64,000 nt of DNA, taken from assembly GCA_010405405.1 (NCBI GenBank), contig MU004231.1, forward strand, positions 4,142,884-4,206,883. Direction: 5' to 3'. The notes under the pieces are model-generated. The model was not told the DNA's origin, ran no database searches, and saw nothing but the letters and a program-made list of their open reading frames with translations. The translations under genes and the position numbers were made by a program. The stretch's first letter is position 1. Every line of letters starts with the position of its first letter. Positions 12,771 through 23,375 of the stretch are shown piece after piece. The DNA is from Microthyrium microscopicum (taxonomy: Eukaryota).

Positions 12771-14946
12771 GGTAGGCAGCCTGCATAATAACATGCTTTG
12801 ATTTGAAGCACGCAAGAGAAAAGTGAGTCAAAAACGGACCCACGAGGCTCAAGATTCTGCCACGGGGGGCGCGTGACAATCAACTCTCCACTTCCCAATT
12901 TTGGGCGTATGACTTCCATACTATAGAGAAGATCAGGCGTATGGATACATCTTTAACTAAATCGCAAGGCTCTAGAGGTGTTTGATATGTGTCGTACTTC
13001 AATTGGAAAAGCCAAACGGGAGCTGTGTGGGGTAGAGCAGCAGCAGCAGCAGCAAGGCAAAGGGCCAGTTTGACAACCGGCACACGGCTGATATGTGTAA
13101 TTTTCAATTATCAGGCTACGCTTGCAAGGGCTGAGCTGATTCTACGCCTTTTGTTGGCTTTCGATTGGCTGAGGTGCTTGCGTCGCCGGCTGGATCCGTG
13201 CCATTTTTTATGCACGAGCAGGCTAAGCTGCCGAATCGAACCCTTCAAGGCTGATTGACGTGATAGATGAGTTTCCGCCTCTTCCTCGTTACTTTATCAG
13301 AGCAGAAATGGAGTGACGAATTGACCACTCGAATAAACAGATTCGATCATTGAGGTACTCAAGAATCCGCAACAGTCTAGAGTTATAGGCAGATAAGAAG
13401 CTCTGCCGAAGCTCCAATTCTATCATTCATTTGGCATGGAGATTGAATCATATTGTCGAGCTGGGAATTCATGATAACGACGAAGCCATCTTTGGCAGCT
13501 TTGATGTAAGAAAAAATTGAAGGCAGCGAGAAGGTTTCCAATGGCATCTTGATTACCGGTCGAACATGGAGCGTGCTGAAATGAGCGCGATGCATGATTT
13601 ATGCCTTCAGACATTCACATAACAAGCTCGGAAATGCAATTGGATCAGGCTGATGGCGAACCAGTAAGCGTAGCCAATTGATCACAAATGATCCGATGGG
13701 ACGCCTCCTTCTGGTTAGCTCTTCCTCTTGCGCGATTGTTATGCAACCTTGGAAGTGGTGAGACCCGCGTTGACCTTTCTATTTATCTACTTGGGTGAGA
13801 GAATGGTCTTTGAAATTTGACCCGCGATGTGAAATATACGATAAACAATAATGGTGGTGATGGGATGCAGTAGCCATTGCCTTAATTCTGCACGCTGCAT
13901 TTTTCAGATTGGGGGGTGGGTCACGGTTGTTTAGCGCAATCCCTGCTCAAAGTAGCGTGGCCCCATTACCCAACACAGCAAGGCTGGATGGTTCCTTCCC
14001 CGTCCACCTTCAACCTTCAAGCCTTGCCAGATTTTCTGCTCGCTCTACCCTTTTCATCCTCCGTTCATCCACAACACCATTGCTCTTTCTATTCAATTCC
14101 CTTAGAGCGCGTGGCTCTCATCATCACCTAGCTACAGCCAACCCACCTGCTTACTGCAGCTCAAATTACCGTCTCTTGCTCCTCTGTTTGTAGTCTACCA
14201 TGCTTACCGTGTTCCTCGGCCTTATTGCCAGCGGGACAGCCGCATGGTGAACCCAAGAAGTACACGCAGCGCACTCTTCAGTTCCATCAGCTTTGTCATT
14301 TGTGACAAAAAGCTGGATCTATTGACAAGATCAATCCATAAAGATTCTTTGCTCTGGTATCGAAAAACCGCTTTAGGAGAAAGAGCGTTCTTGTTTGACC
14401 TGTGTGCTGGTTCCATCTATTTCACCCAGGCCACATTTTCAACCACCGGGATACAACATAGTCCCCTGAAAGTTAATCTGTCGCGTCATTCGAAAATACC
14501 ATTCAATATCAACCTCCAACTTGAGCTCAAGTACGGGATTTTCCAACGTGGCTTTCAGTAATACGGATCTGACCACTGCCCATAGGTATCGTTCTTGCCA
14601 ACAAGCTCGGTGGTCACGGGACTTGGAGCTCCTCCTAATTTTGCTCGGCAAGGCTGAGAACCAACCACCATCGCACTTGCTCAATAGAGTAAGTCACCTC
14701 AACCCTCTTTCCTTCTTCAACAGGAAAGACTACAACAGTTCTTTCCTCTTGTATTTGTGCCGGTGGAAGGTTTTTCCTTACCCCACTTAGACATCAGCCT
14801 TATAGTCTCCCTCCTCACCCTCGATTCTAAATTTCTCTAGCATCTCGATTTCCATCAACCTTGCAAGAAATTTTCATCCAAGCATTCAAGCATTCAAGCA
14901 TCCAAACTTTCCATTTCTCAAACAACCAGCAATTCAAGCACTCACC

Positions 14947-17349
14947 ATGCCACCAAAGCGATCTGGACCAGCCAACGAGAGCGGTGAGACTGCTCCTCGC
15001 AAGAGCACTCGAGCAGCCATGCAAGCCGCCAAAAAGGAAGCGGAGGCGGCTGAAGTGGCAGTCAAAACTAACTCTCAGGCCTACCAGCGCAATGTACTTG
15101 CTCGTAGCAAGAAAATTGCCCAACGTCGCCAGCTCTCCAAGGGCATGGATTCCAAACAGGATTCCCCGGAGTCCGAGGCTACTTCTTCCAACCCAGGACC
15201 CAACGGCTCTGAGACCGCTCGTGGCAAGAAGAAAAAGGACCCAAATTCCATCAAAATTCCCGCTGGTAACCTATCATCCTCTGGAGACGGCAATAGTGCC
15301 AATATTGACGATGATCCTCTTATTGACACTGTCTCAGCTCTACCAAAACCTCTGGACATGAAAGGACCTACCTTGTCGACCATGGAGTTCATCATCCCGG
15401 TTCCCTTTGTCAGCCAGTCTGGTGGCCAGTACCAACGAATGATCACTGATAGCAAGGACTTGATCGAGGCATTCACCGCTTCCCGCGCTCCAACGTCTGA
15501 CATGGTCCAAAAGGCTTCGGATTTCGTGGAGTCTATGCGTGACATTTGCTTGCATCTCGATTTCGTCCAAAAACCAAACCTTGACTTTCAAGGCGGCGAG
15601 GTCGAACCATCCCAGCAGGTAAGCTTTAGAGAATAGCACAATTGTCCAGAAGAATTTATAGCTAAAACTTTCAGGCATCATATGATCGCTCCATCAGCTA
15701 CAAGTTCCAACTATTGAGCGACATCTTCACCGCCTTGAAGGATCAGGGCTTCCACATTGTCATCTTCGCCAAAACCCGGCACTTGAACTTGGTTCGTGTC
15801 TTTGTCAAAGGCAGCAACAATGTCGCCAAGTCCAATACGACCGTCACTATCCTCTCCTCTACCGACTTTGAGTCAGACAACTTGCCGTCAGCCAATTTAA
15901 TGATCACCCTTGACAATGAAATGGATATTCATGCCTCTCAGGTTCACGAATTCCGTCAACAAGATGCGTATCTCGTGCCTATTATCTCCTTCGTCATCAA
16001 AAACACCATCGATCACATTGACCAAACTATGAAAGATAGCGTCAATGCAACAGAGCTTCTAGGCGTCGAAAAACTCCAGCACCAAGTTGCATGCATTGCG
16101 AAGCTTCGTGATCATGCCAAATTGAGCACATCCAAACTGAACACTCCCGACAAAGTCCAGATGCCAATCATTGCCGAACTGGTTGCCGACTTTGTTAAGA
16201 ACAAAACCGACAATTCAGAATGGGCAATTCTTCCTATCGGTCCACTGGATGACACAGACTCATACGAATTAGCGAATGGTAACGTTGTTTTGGAAACTGG
16301 AGGTCCCAATAATTCAGAAGAGGTCGTCGATGGGCAGGCGTCAGAAGGTGCGAAACGAAAACGTTCAAGTGAGGATACAGGCGAAGATGTTGGACGTCCA
16401 ACCAAAAAGCAGGTCTTCACTGGCCACGACGACTGCGTCAAGCGCGAGTCTGTCCTATCCCAGCAAATCACTCGCTTGAAACAAGAGCTCTCGGGTGTCC
16501 GCAAAGAGATGACAGGTAAGTGATGCTTTGAACGTGCTATGGCATTCGCCAATCAGCACAGGTCTTAAAGCTTCCAGCTAACATATCCCAGGCAAATTTG
16601 CAGAGCAGACTGAGCTTCGGGAGATAATCGCAGCAAAAGATGCGCACATTCATCGAATGGAGAATGACTGGAATGACACGATCGAAAAGCTACATGCGAA
16701 AGACCGTGCCATCGCTCAACATGAGAAGGACGCTGCGAAATATCGCGACGATTTGGAAAAGTCTCTTGATGTACGACGCCGTCGTGATGAACAAAATTCT
16801 CTCCTTCGATCTCAGATGGAAGAGCTTACTGCGCAGCGTGACGAGGCACGACAAAAGCTTGAGTCCAGCGAGATTCCAGAAATTGCCGAAATGCAGCGCC
16901 TCACTCGTGAAAAAGAGGAGGCCGAAGCCGCTCAAGTCAAGGCCGAAAAACGTTTCGACTCTAGTGAACAACAGGCCGCCTACTTGCGTGATCAATATCA
17001 GCAAAACTCCATTGAAGCCATGAAACTTACCGAAGAAAATGACGAGCTCAAGGCCAAAAACAAAGATTTGGCACGCAAAGCGAGTGGTGAAGCGCGAATG
17101 CTCCGTGAAGCGACTAACGAAGGAATCATCGCACAGCACCTAGAACTCAAAAAGGAAATGGAGGCTGAGATTGTTAGCTTGAAAGCTGCCGTCGCAGCAC
17201 AAGAACTTGAGTTGCAAAAGAAACGAAGCGGTGTGAATACTAGAGCTCAGTCTGTCCCGCGTTCCCCACGAGTAGGTCCCATATCAAGCCGCGCTGGCTC
17301 CCCTATCCCTGACCGTCGAGTGGAGTCGCTGAAGAACAGCTCTCTGTGA
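14947..17349 (+). CDS. Class II histone deacetylase complex subunit (HDA2/HDA3-like) with C-terminal coiled coil; introns 15619-15674 and 16516-16591; about 756 aa if the third intron is unspliced
   Basis: Both introns join ORF-track ORFs in frame. EFIIPVP, DICLHLDF, SYKFQLL..IF, LMITLD and PIISFVIKNTIDHI resemble fungal HDA2-3 family proteins; heptad coiled coil; TRAQSVPRSPR..SRAGSP tail. Family call by eye. Confidence 0.7.
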
Positions 17350-17483
17350 GTTCTCTATTTCATATCGCGTGAATTGCGACTTTGATTCGGTTCGCCAATG
17401 ATGCAAACTTGTTGGCTACACCAGTCTCCGATTCGGTCCTATTTTTTTTGAACCTGATGGAACATGCTGCTGACTTTATTTAG

Positions 17484-19470
17484 TGCCGGCAAGAAAACAA
17501 ACGCGCCCGTCAAGTCAACTCGCGGCCAAACCAACGCACGAGAACCAAACCAGCGCCAGAACCAGCGTCAGACTCAGAAGGAATCCCATTCGCAGCGCCA
17601 AAGTCAAGCAGAAACCGGAAGCCCGCGCCAGACCCAGCGACAGCGCCAGAGCCAGGCTCAGCGTCAAACACAAGCAGAAAGCGGAAGAGAGACGAGTCAG
17701 CGCCAGAAGCAGAACCAGCGCCAGAGTCAAAACGATCGAGAACCCAACCGTCGCACTTCACGCCAGCAGTCACTCGAGCGCGCGCAAGACGACTCGCAGC
17801 AGTCCCTCCCACAGACACAACAGGAACAACCCGACGAGGACGCAATGGAGTTAGATCAGCAACAGCCGAGCCGAGCAGACGGTCTGCTCGACTCAAAGCT
17901 ACCTGAAATACAACCAGCACAACCAACTCGGCCTCCGGCCATTGAGATGAAGAGTGGTCCACCAGCTTCTAGACCATTCCCATGCTGTTTCGCGCAATAT
18001 AATTGTAATGCATCATTTACCTCAAAGAACGAATGGAAACGACACATCAGCACCAAGCATATACAATTAGGTTTCTGGCGATGCGACATGTGTAACCCCT
18101 CCCCCGGCCTCGATCATCCGGTTTTCAACGACTTTAACAGAAAGGATTTATTTACTCAGCATCTTCGACGAATGCATGCACCTAATTCCCCAAGTCTTCC
18201 TACAACTCCGAGCCAAGCCACAGCTCCGGAGCCAATTGTAGATCCAGCCTCTCCTTCAGCAAATGGCCCAAGCGGTCCTCGTGGCGAATTGAGCGATGAG
18301 CAGATTGCAGATATTCAAAAACGTTGCTATCGCATTCTTCGTCAGCCGCCTCAGCAGTCCAATTGCCCATTCTGCAGTCGAATCTTTTCTGGACCAAATA
18401 GTTGGGAAGAGCGTTTAGAGCACGTGGGTGGTCACCTTGAACGCGATCGCAAAAATGGAACAAATTGTCTTGATATTGAATCTTGGCGAGATGATGACGA
18501 GCTGCGTCAATATCTTGTACGAGAAGGAATTGTTGAGCAAGATCAGCGAGGTCAATGGCGTATTGGCGATGGACGTCCTCGACGACCAACTGATATACAG
18601 CCTCCTACATCAAACCCACCATCTGCTACCCCTGGAGCTCAGTCTACAACCATGCTGCAAGGTGAACAGGAATCGGATGGGTCGATGAGTAAGCGTCGTC
18701 GAGGTAGACCCCCGAAGCGTTACTCTGATATCGATACACCACAGAGACTAGCACCAAATATGTCTCCAATGGGTTCACCATCCGAAATACGAGCACGACC
18801 TGAGCAACATTCTCTCCAGCCAGCTCCACCTCACACTCCTGGTCCTCATCCTACTTCAGATATGCGTGGACATCACATTCAACCTCGTATTGATTCCACG
18901 CCTGTTACTCCGATTTCTGGACCTCCTAGTCAACAGTATCATGATTCTTATCATCCACCACCTCTCGCACCGCAATCGCTTCCTCGCCCGCCCCATTCAC
19001 TTGGAACTCCACAACATCCTCAGGATCCAAATTCTGGGAGCTCCAATGGACCTCAGCGACCTCAACTACTCCCACACCTCATGCCACGCCAGCCTCAGAA
19101 TTCTCCTGGACAGGGTCCTATGGGTCCATATGGCAGCCAACAGCAATCCCATCCAGCGAGTGGTCCTCAGGCCGTTGCTATTGCTCCAGCATATCACCAT
19201 CATCATGGTATGCAGGCAATCGCTCCCGCTCCACCACAAAGTCAGGTCGCGCCACCAGCAGCCATTATGGGTCCGAATGGGCCAGTGGCCATTTCACAAG
19301 CCATGCAGCAGCAGTTTGTTGCGCAACAGGCACTTGGTCCAATCAGTCAAGGTTCACCGCTAGGTCCAGCTTTGGCCCCAGCTCCTCAACCTTCCCCTTC
19401 TGCAGAGCAGCTAGGCTCGGAACAGCAACGGCCTCGGACTTTTAGAGAAGTCATTTTTGAGCAGCATTAG
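17484..19470 (+). CDS. C2H2 zinc-finger/AT-hook protein region; probably the last exon of the upstream HDA2/3-like gene (alternatively a separate gene from ATG 17464)
   Basis: FPCCFAQYNCNASFTSKNEWKRHISTKH, WRCDMC..FNRKDLFTQHLRRMH and CPFC..WEERLEHVGGH fingers; AT-hook KRRRGRPPKR; Q/P-rich tail; preceded by GCTGAC..TAG 3' splice signal. Confidence 0.85.
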
Positions 19471-19599
19471 GTCCGCGATCGAAAAGGTGTCGGTCAGATG
19501 ATAGGATGGGAAGACGGCTATTGTCGATGAAGGAGAAGGAAGGGCCTGGGAGTGATGGTGGTGACAATCTGTCGGATGGAGAAACACAATGGCAAGCCA

Positions 19600-19773
19600 C
19601 TGGGTGTTGATGCTTGTTGCTGCTTTGCAGCAATTAAGACCCACCCAGACGGCCTTTAGCTACTGGTTGTTGATGCTTATTGCTGCCTCGCAGCGAGTAA
19701 GACCCATCCAGAAATATTAGCTAGCTACTGGGTGTTGATGCTTATTGCTTCGCAGCAATTAAGACCTACCCAG
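19600..19773 (+). repeat. Three tandem hairpin-forming repeats (period 63-65 bp) in the probable 3' UTR
   Basis: Units at 19600, 19663 and 19728: CTGGGTG-TTGATG-CTTRTTGCTGC-nnn-GCAGCAATTAAG-ACC-CACCCAG. Confidence 0.9.
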
Positions 19774-20304
19774 AAGTTGTTCTTCTGCCCAGCAGATTTG
19801 CTAGCCAGCCTGAGCCTCCAGGCTCGAACAAGGCCAGGCATTGATTGATGTATGAGTATGGATTGGTTTGCAAAAGTTCTCTTATTCTTCTAATGGACAT
19901 GCTTTTGTTTGACAATTCGCGCCAAGTCTCTGTGACATTAATCCATGCTAATATGGCAATATGGCAGTCTAGGTGACTATTAAGAGCAATCGTTTAGTTT
20001 TCGTGACCAAGATTCAGCGACGGTTGAGCCACCATCTCATAATGCTGACAAAGTACAAGATTTCCGGGATTCCGCGCATATGCAGATTGCTAACGACAAG
20101 AGACGGAACGAGTGGGATGTCAGAGTGATGTCAAGAGCTACAGGCAGCCGATGCTTAGCCCCGCGGAATCCCTTCTCGAGTCGCCCCTCGCTCTCTGGAC
20201 AAATCTTTCCGCGATTTCTCAGAGTCAATTAGTGCACCTTTAAAAACCTCATCAATCTCCAATTTTCAATTACCTTCCAGTCAAATCGCTCCTCGTCAGC
20301 CAAT

Positions 20305-21414
20305 ATGTCCAGCTCACTCGACCAATTGAAGGCCACTGGCACCGTAAGAGCTCCCATCTCTCAAGCTCACGATTGACATCACTGCGCTTGATAGACTTCA
20401 CCAAGACGATTGACTAACACCTAAACAGACAGTCGTGTGCGACTCTGGTGACTTTGCCACCATTGATAAGTACAAGCCTCAAGATGCAACCACCAACCCC
20501 TCTCTTATCCTCGCTGCGTCCAAGAAGTCCGAATACGCCGCTCTCATCGACAAAGCTGTTGAATACGGCAAGAAGAAGGGAGGCGATCTTGACCATCAAG
20601 TTGATGCCACACTTGACAATCTCCTTGTGCAATTCGGTAGCGAAATCCTTAAGATCATTCCTGGCAAAGTATCCACGGAAGTCGATGCCCGCTTCTCCTT
20701 CGACACCAAAGCTAGTGTTGACAAGGCCTTGCACATTATCGAACTCTACAAAGAGATTGGCATTGGTAAGGAGCGCATCTTGATCAAGATTGCTAGCACA
20801 TGGGAGGGTATCAAAGCCGCAGAGATTCTGCAACGCGATCATGGCATCAACTGCAACTTGACACTCATGTTCTCGCTCGTCCAAGCTATCGCTGGTGCTG
20901 AAGCAGGTGCTTTCTTGATCTCGCCATTTGTGGGCCGCATTTTGGATTGGTACAAGGCGCACACTGGCAAGACATATGCGGCTTCCGAGGATCCTGGTGT
21001 CCAGAGCGTGGGTAGCATTTACAACTACTACAAGAAGTACGGATACAAGACTATTGTCATGGGTGCTTCGTTCCGAAATGTTGGCGAGATCACAGAGCTT
21101 GCTGGTTGCGATTATCTCACAATCTCGGTAAGATTGCAATTTTCAAAAGATAAGCTTTGCGCTAACTTGTATGATAGCCAAATCTTCTTGAGGATATGTT
21201 TACCTCTCAGGATGCGGTTCCAAAGAAGCTTGATGCTTCCGCTGCTTCGTCTCTTGATATCGAGAAGAAGACATATATCAAAGACGAGGCCACCTTCCGC
21301 TTTGACTTCAACGAGGACCAGATGGCCGTTGAGAAGCTTCGTGAAGGTATCTCCAAGTTTGCAGCTGATGCTGAGACTCTCAAGGGTATCCTGAAGGAAA
21401 AGATCCAAGCATAA
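20305..21414 (+). CDS. TAL1: Transaldolase; 3 exons
   Basis: [76 protein letters not shown]. Confidence 0.98.
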
Positions 21415-21999
21415 TTGAGGCAATCAAAATAGTCTTGAAAACGGGCATATATAAATGAATGCAACAAGGTCAAGACGAAGTGTTTGTGAAGGTCAATGAT
21501 TGTATTTAGCTATTAGAATAGCAAATTGACGGTCAATTTTACCTTACAATCACCCCGCCATCTACGTTGCGGAATCATCTCCGGCATTGTCTATATCGAT
21601 AACTTGTGGTACTCCATTGATATCGAGTCCAAATTTCGAGCGGCCTGAGGGAATATGGAACCAGAAAGGCCTTTGGTTGATAGACCAGGTGCGGATGCAG
21701 AGTGTTGATGCCTGTATCCGCATCATACTTTGACCTTTAGGACCTGGACCTTGCAATCAATTCTCAAAGTGAGGGCAAGATCCGACAGCTCCGATTCAGT
21801 GCTCCTATGCAAAATGACGGAAGTTTGTGTCGAAGTTGCCTGCCCCACCTTGCAACTGACTCCGCAAGTCATAACATCAGCTTCATCCCCGGCTTCTGAC
21901 ATTGCCACCAACCATTCTCTTTTCTTGTCACCTTCATATACCCAATTTTGTTCTTCAAATCACCTTATATACCTCAATCTCAAACAATAATCCGACACA

Positions 22000-22839
22000 A
22001 TGGTTAAAGCAGGTACGTGCTAAGCTCCTTGGTACCGCGTCTTATGGGCCGGCCCTCCCGATGCCGCTGTGAGGCCAATTGAGCATGTTTCGCAGTAGTG
22101 ACATCAACGGGTCCAACGTGGAGGAGGCTCCCACAGTCCATTCCTATGGCACCGTAGCTTCTTTCATGGACCCGTGTATCTCTACCGTCGAGTATGCCTC
22201 AGTGACTAGAGCAGCTGTAGCAGGGTCCATATATAGACTCCAGATGCGAAGATGGAACTGACATCACCTTTACAGTTGCCATCGTCCGTGGAGACTCCAA
22301 CGTCAAGGGTTCCGTAACCTTTGAGCAGGCAGACGAGTCCTCATCCACCAAGATCAGCTGGAATATCACCGGCAACGACGCCAATGCTGAGCGTGGCATG
22401 CACGTCCATGTCTATGGTGACAATACCAACGGCTGCACAAGTGCTGGTGGTCATTGTACGTCTTACCTTTCCTAGCACATCTGAAACCATCCACATACTT
22501 ACGGTTCAACTAGTCAACCCATTCGGAAAGAACCACGGCGCACCAGGCGACACTGAGCGCCACGTTGGTGATCTCGGAAACATTCAGACGGACGGCCAAG
22601 GCAATGCTACCGGATCCGTCGATGACAAGTTTATCAAGTTGATTGGCGCTGAGAGCGTCATTGGCGTATGTTGAGAATCTGTTAATTGGGGTTGAAATGA
22701 TTACTGACGATGGTTGTAGCGAACTGTTGTTGTGCACGGCGGCACTGATGATCTTGGAAAGAGCGATCACCCGGAGTCCAAGAAGACTGGTAACGCTGGG
22801 CCTCGCCCTGCATGCGGAGTGATTGGAATCGCTGAATAG
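22000..22839 (+). CDS. SOD1: Cu/Zn superoxide dismutase; 4 exons (first intron 22013-22275)
   Basis: [58 protein letters not shown]; metal ligands present. Confidence 0.98.
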
Positions 22840-23375
22840 ATATCATTGCTGGTATGCTTGCCAGATAGCTTTGGCTGTCAGTGAAAAGATGTAGATGATT
22901 CAAACTCAAAATGTATGTTAAAAGAAACACGGGAAGAGCAATCTATAGTAAAACGCCGCTCTGTTGTCTACCATCAATATCATATTTCAAAGGTGATTGT
23001 ATCTGTTGCGAGTTGTATCAAATTGTCTCCATGGGATGACCTTGGCCCTTCGACATGAACCGGTCTCTCCTCCTCAAAGCCAATGAGGCAATACTGGGGT
23101 AATTTGTCACTAGAACGTCTAACCCAAGGAGATGAATAAGATGTTCACCCGATGAAACAGATATTCAAGATAAATGCCTAAAATAGAAGGACGTGGGAAG
23201 GTGCTCGCGTGGCTGTCACTCTCATGCACCTGTCACCCCGCAAACCACACTATTGCCTTCAAAATCCAACATCAACAACTGTCCTTTAATATTCCTTTCC
23301 ACACTTCCCTTTGCATACCGACCTACTTTTGACCCTAAACGCAATTCCAAAATAAACGATTGAATATCTCCCATC

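Noticed and set aside
14200..14250. 16-codon signal-peptide-like ORF MLTVFLGLIASGTAAW*
   Set aside because: No convincing spliced continuation; at most a uORF
11400..14900. Telomerase RNA, tRNA or snoRNA candidate in the long intergenic region
   Set aside because: No TAACCCTAA template, cloverleaf or convincing C/D box pair seen by eye
19600..19773. CRISPR-like reading of the repeat-spacer pattern
   Set aside because: Eukaryotic context, no cas genes, linkers only 14-16 nt and partly similar to each other
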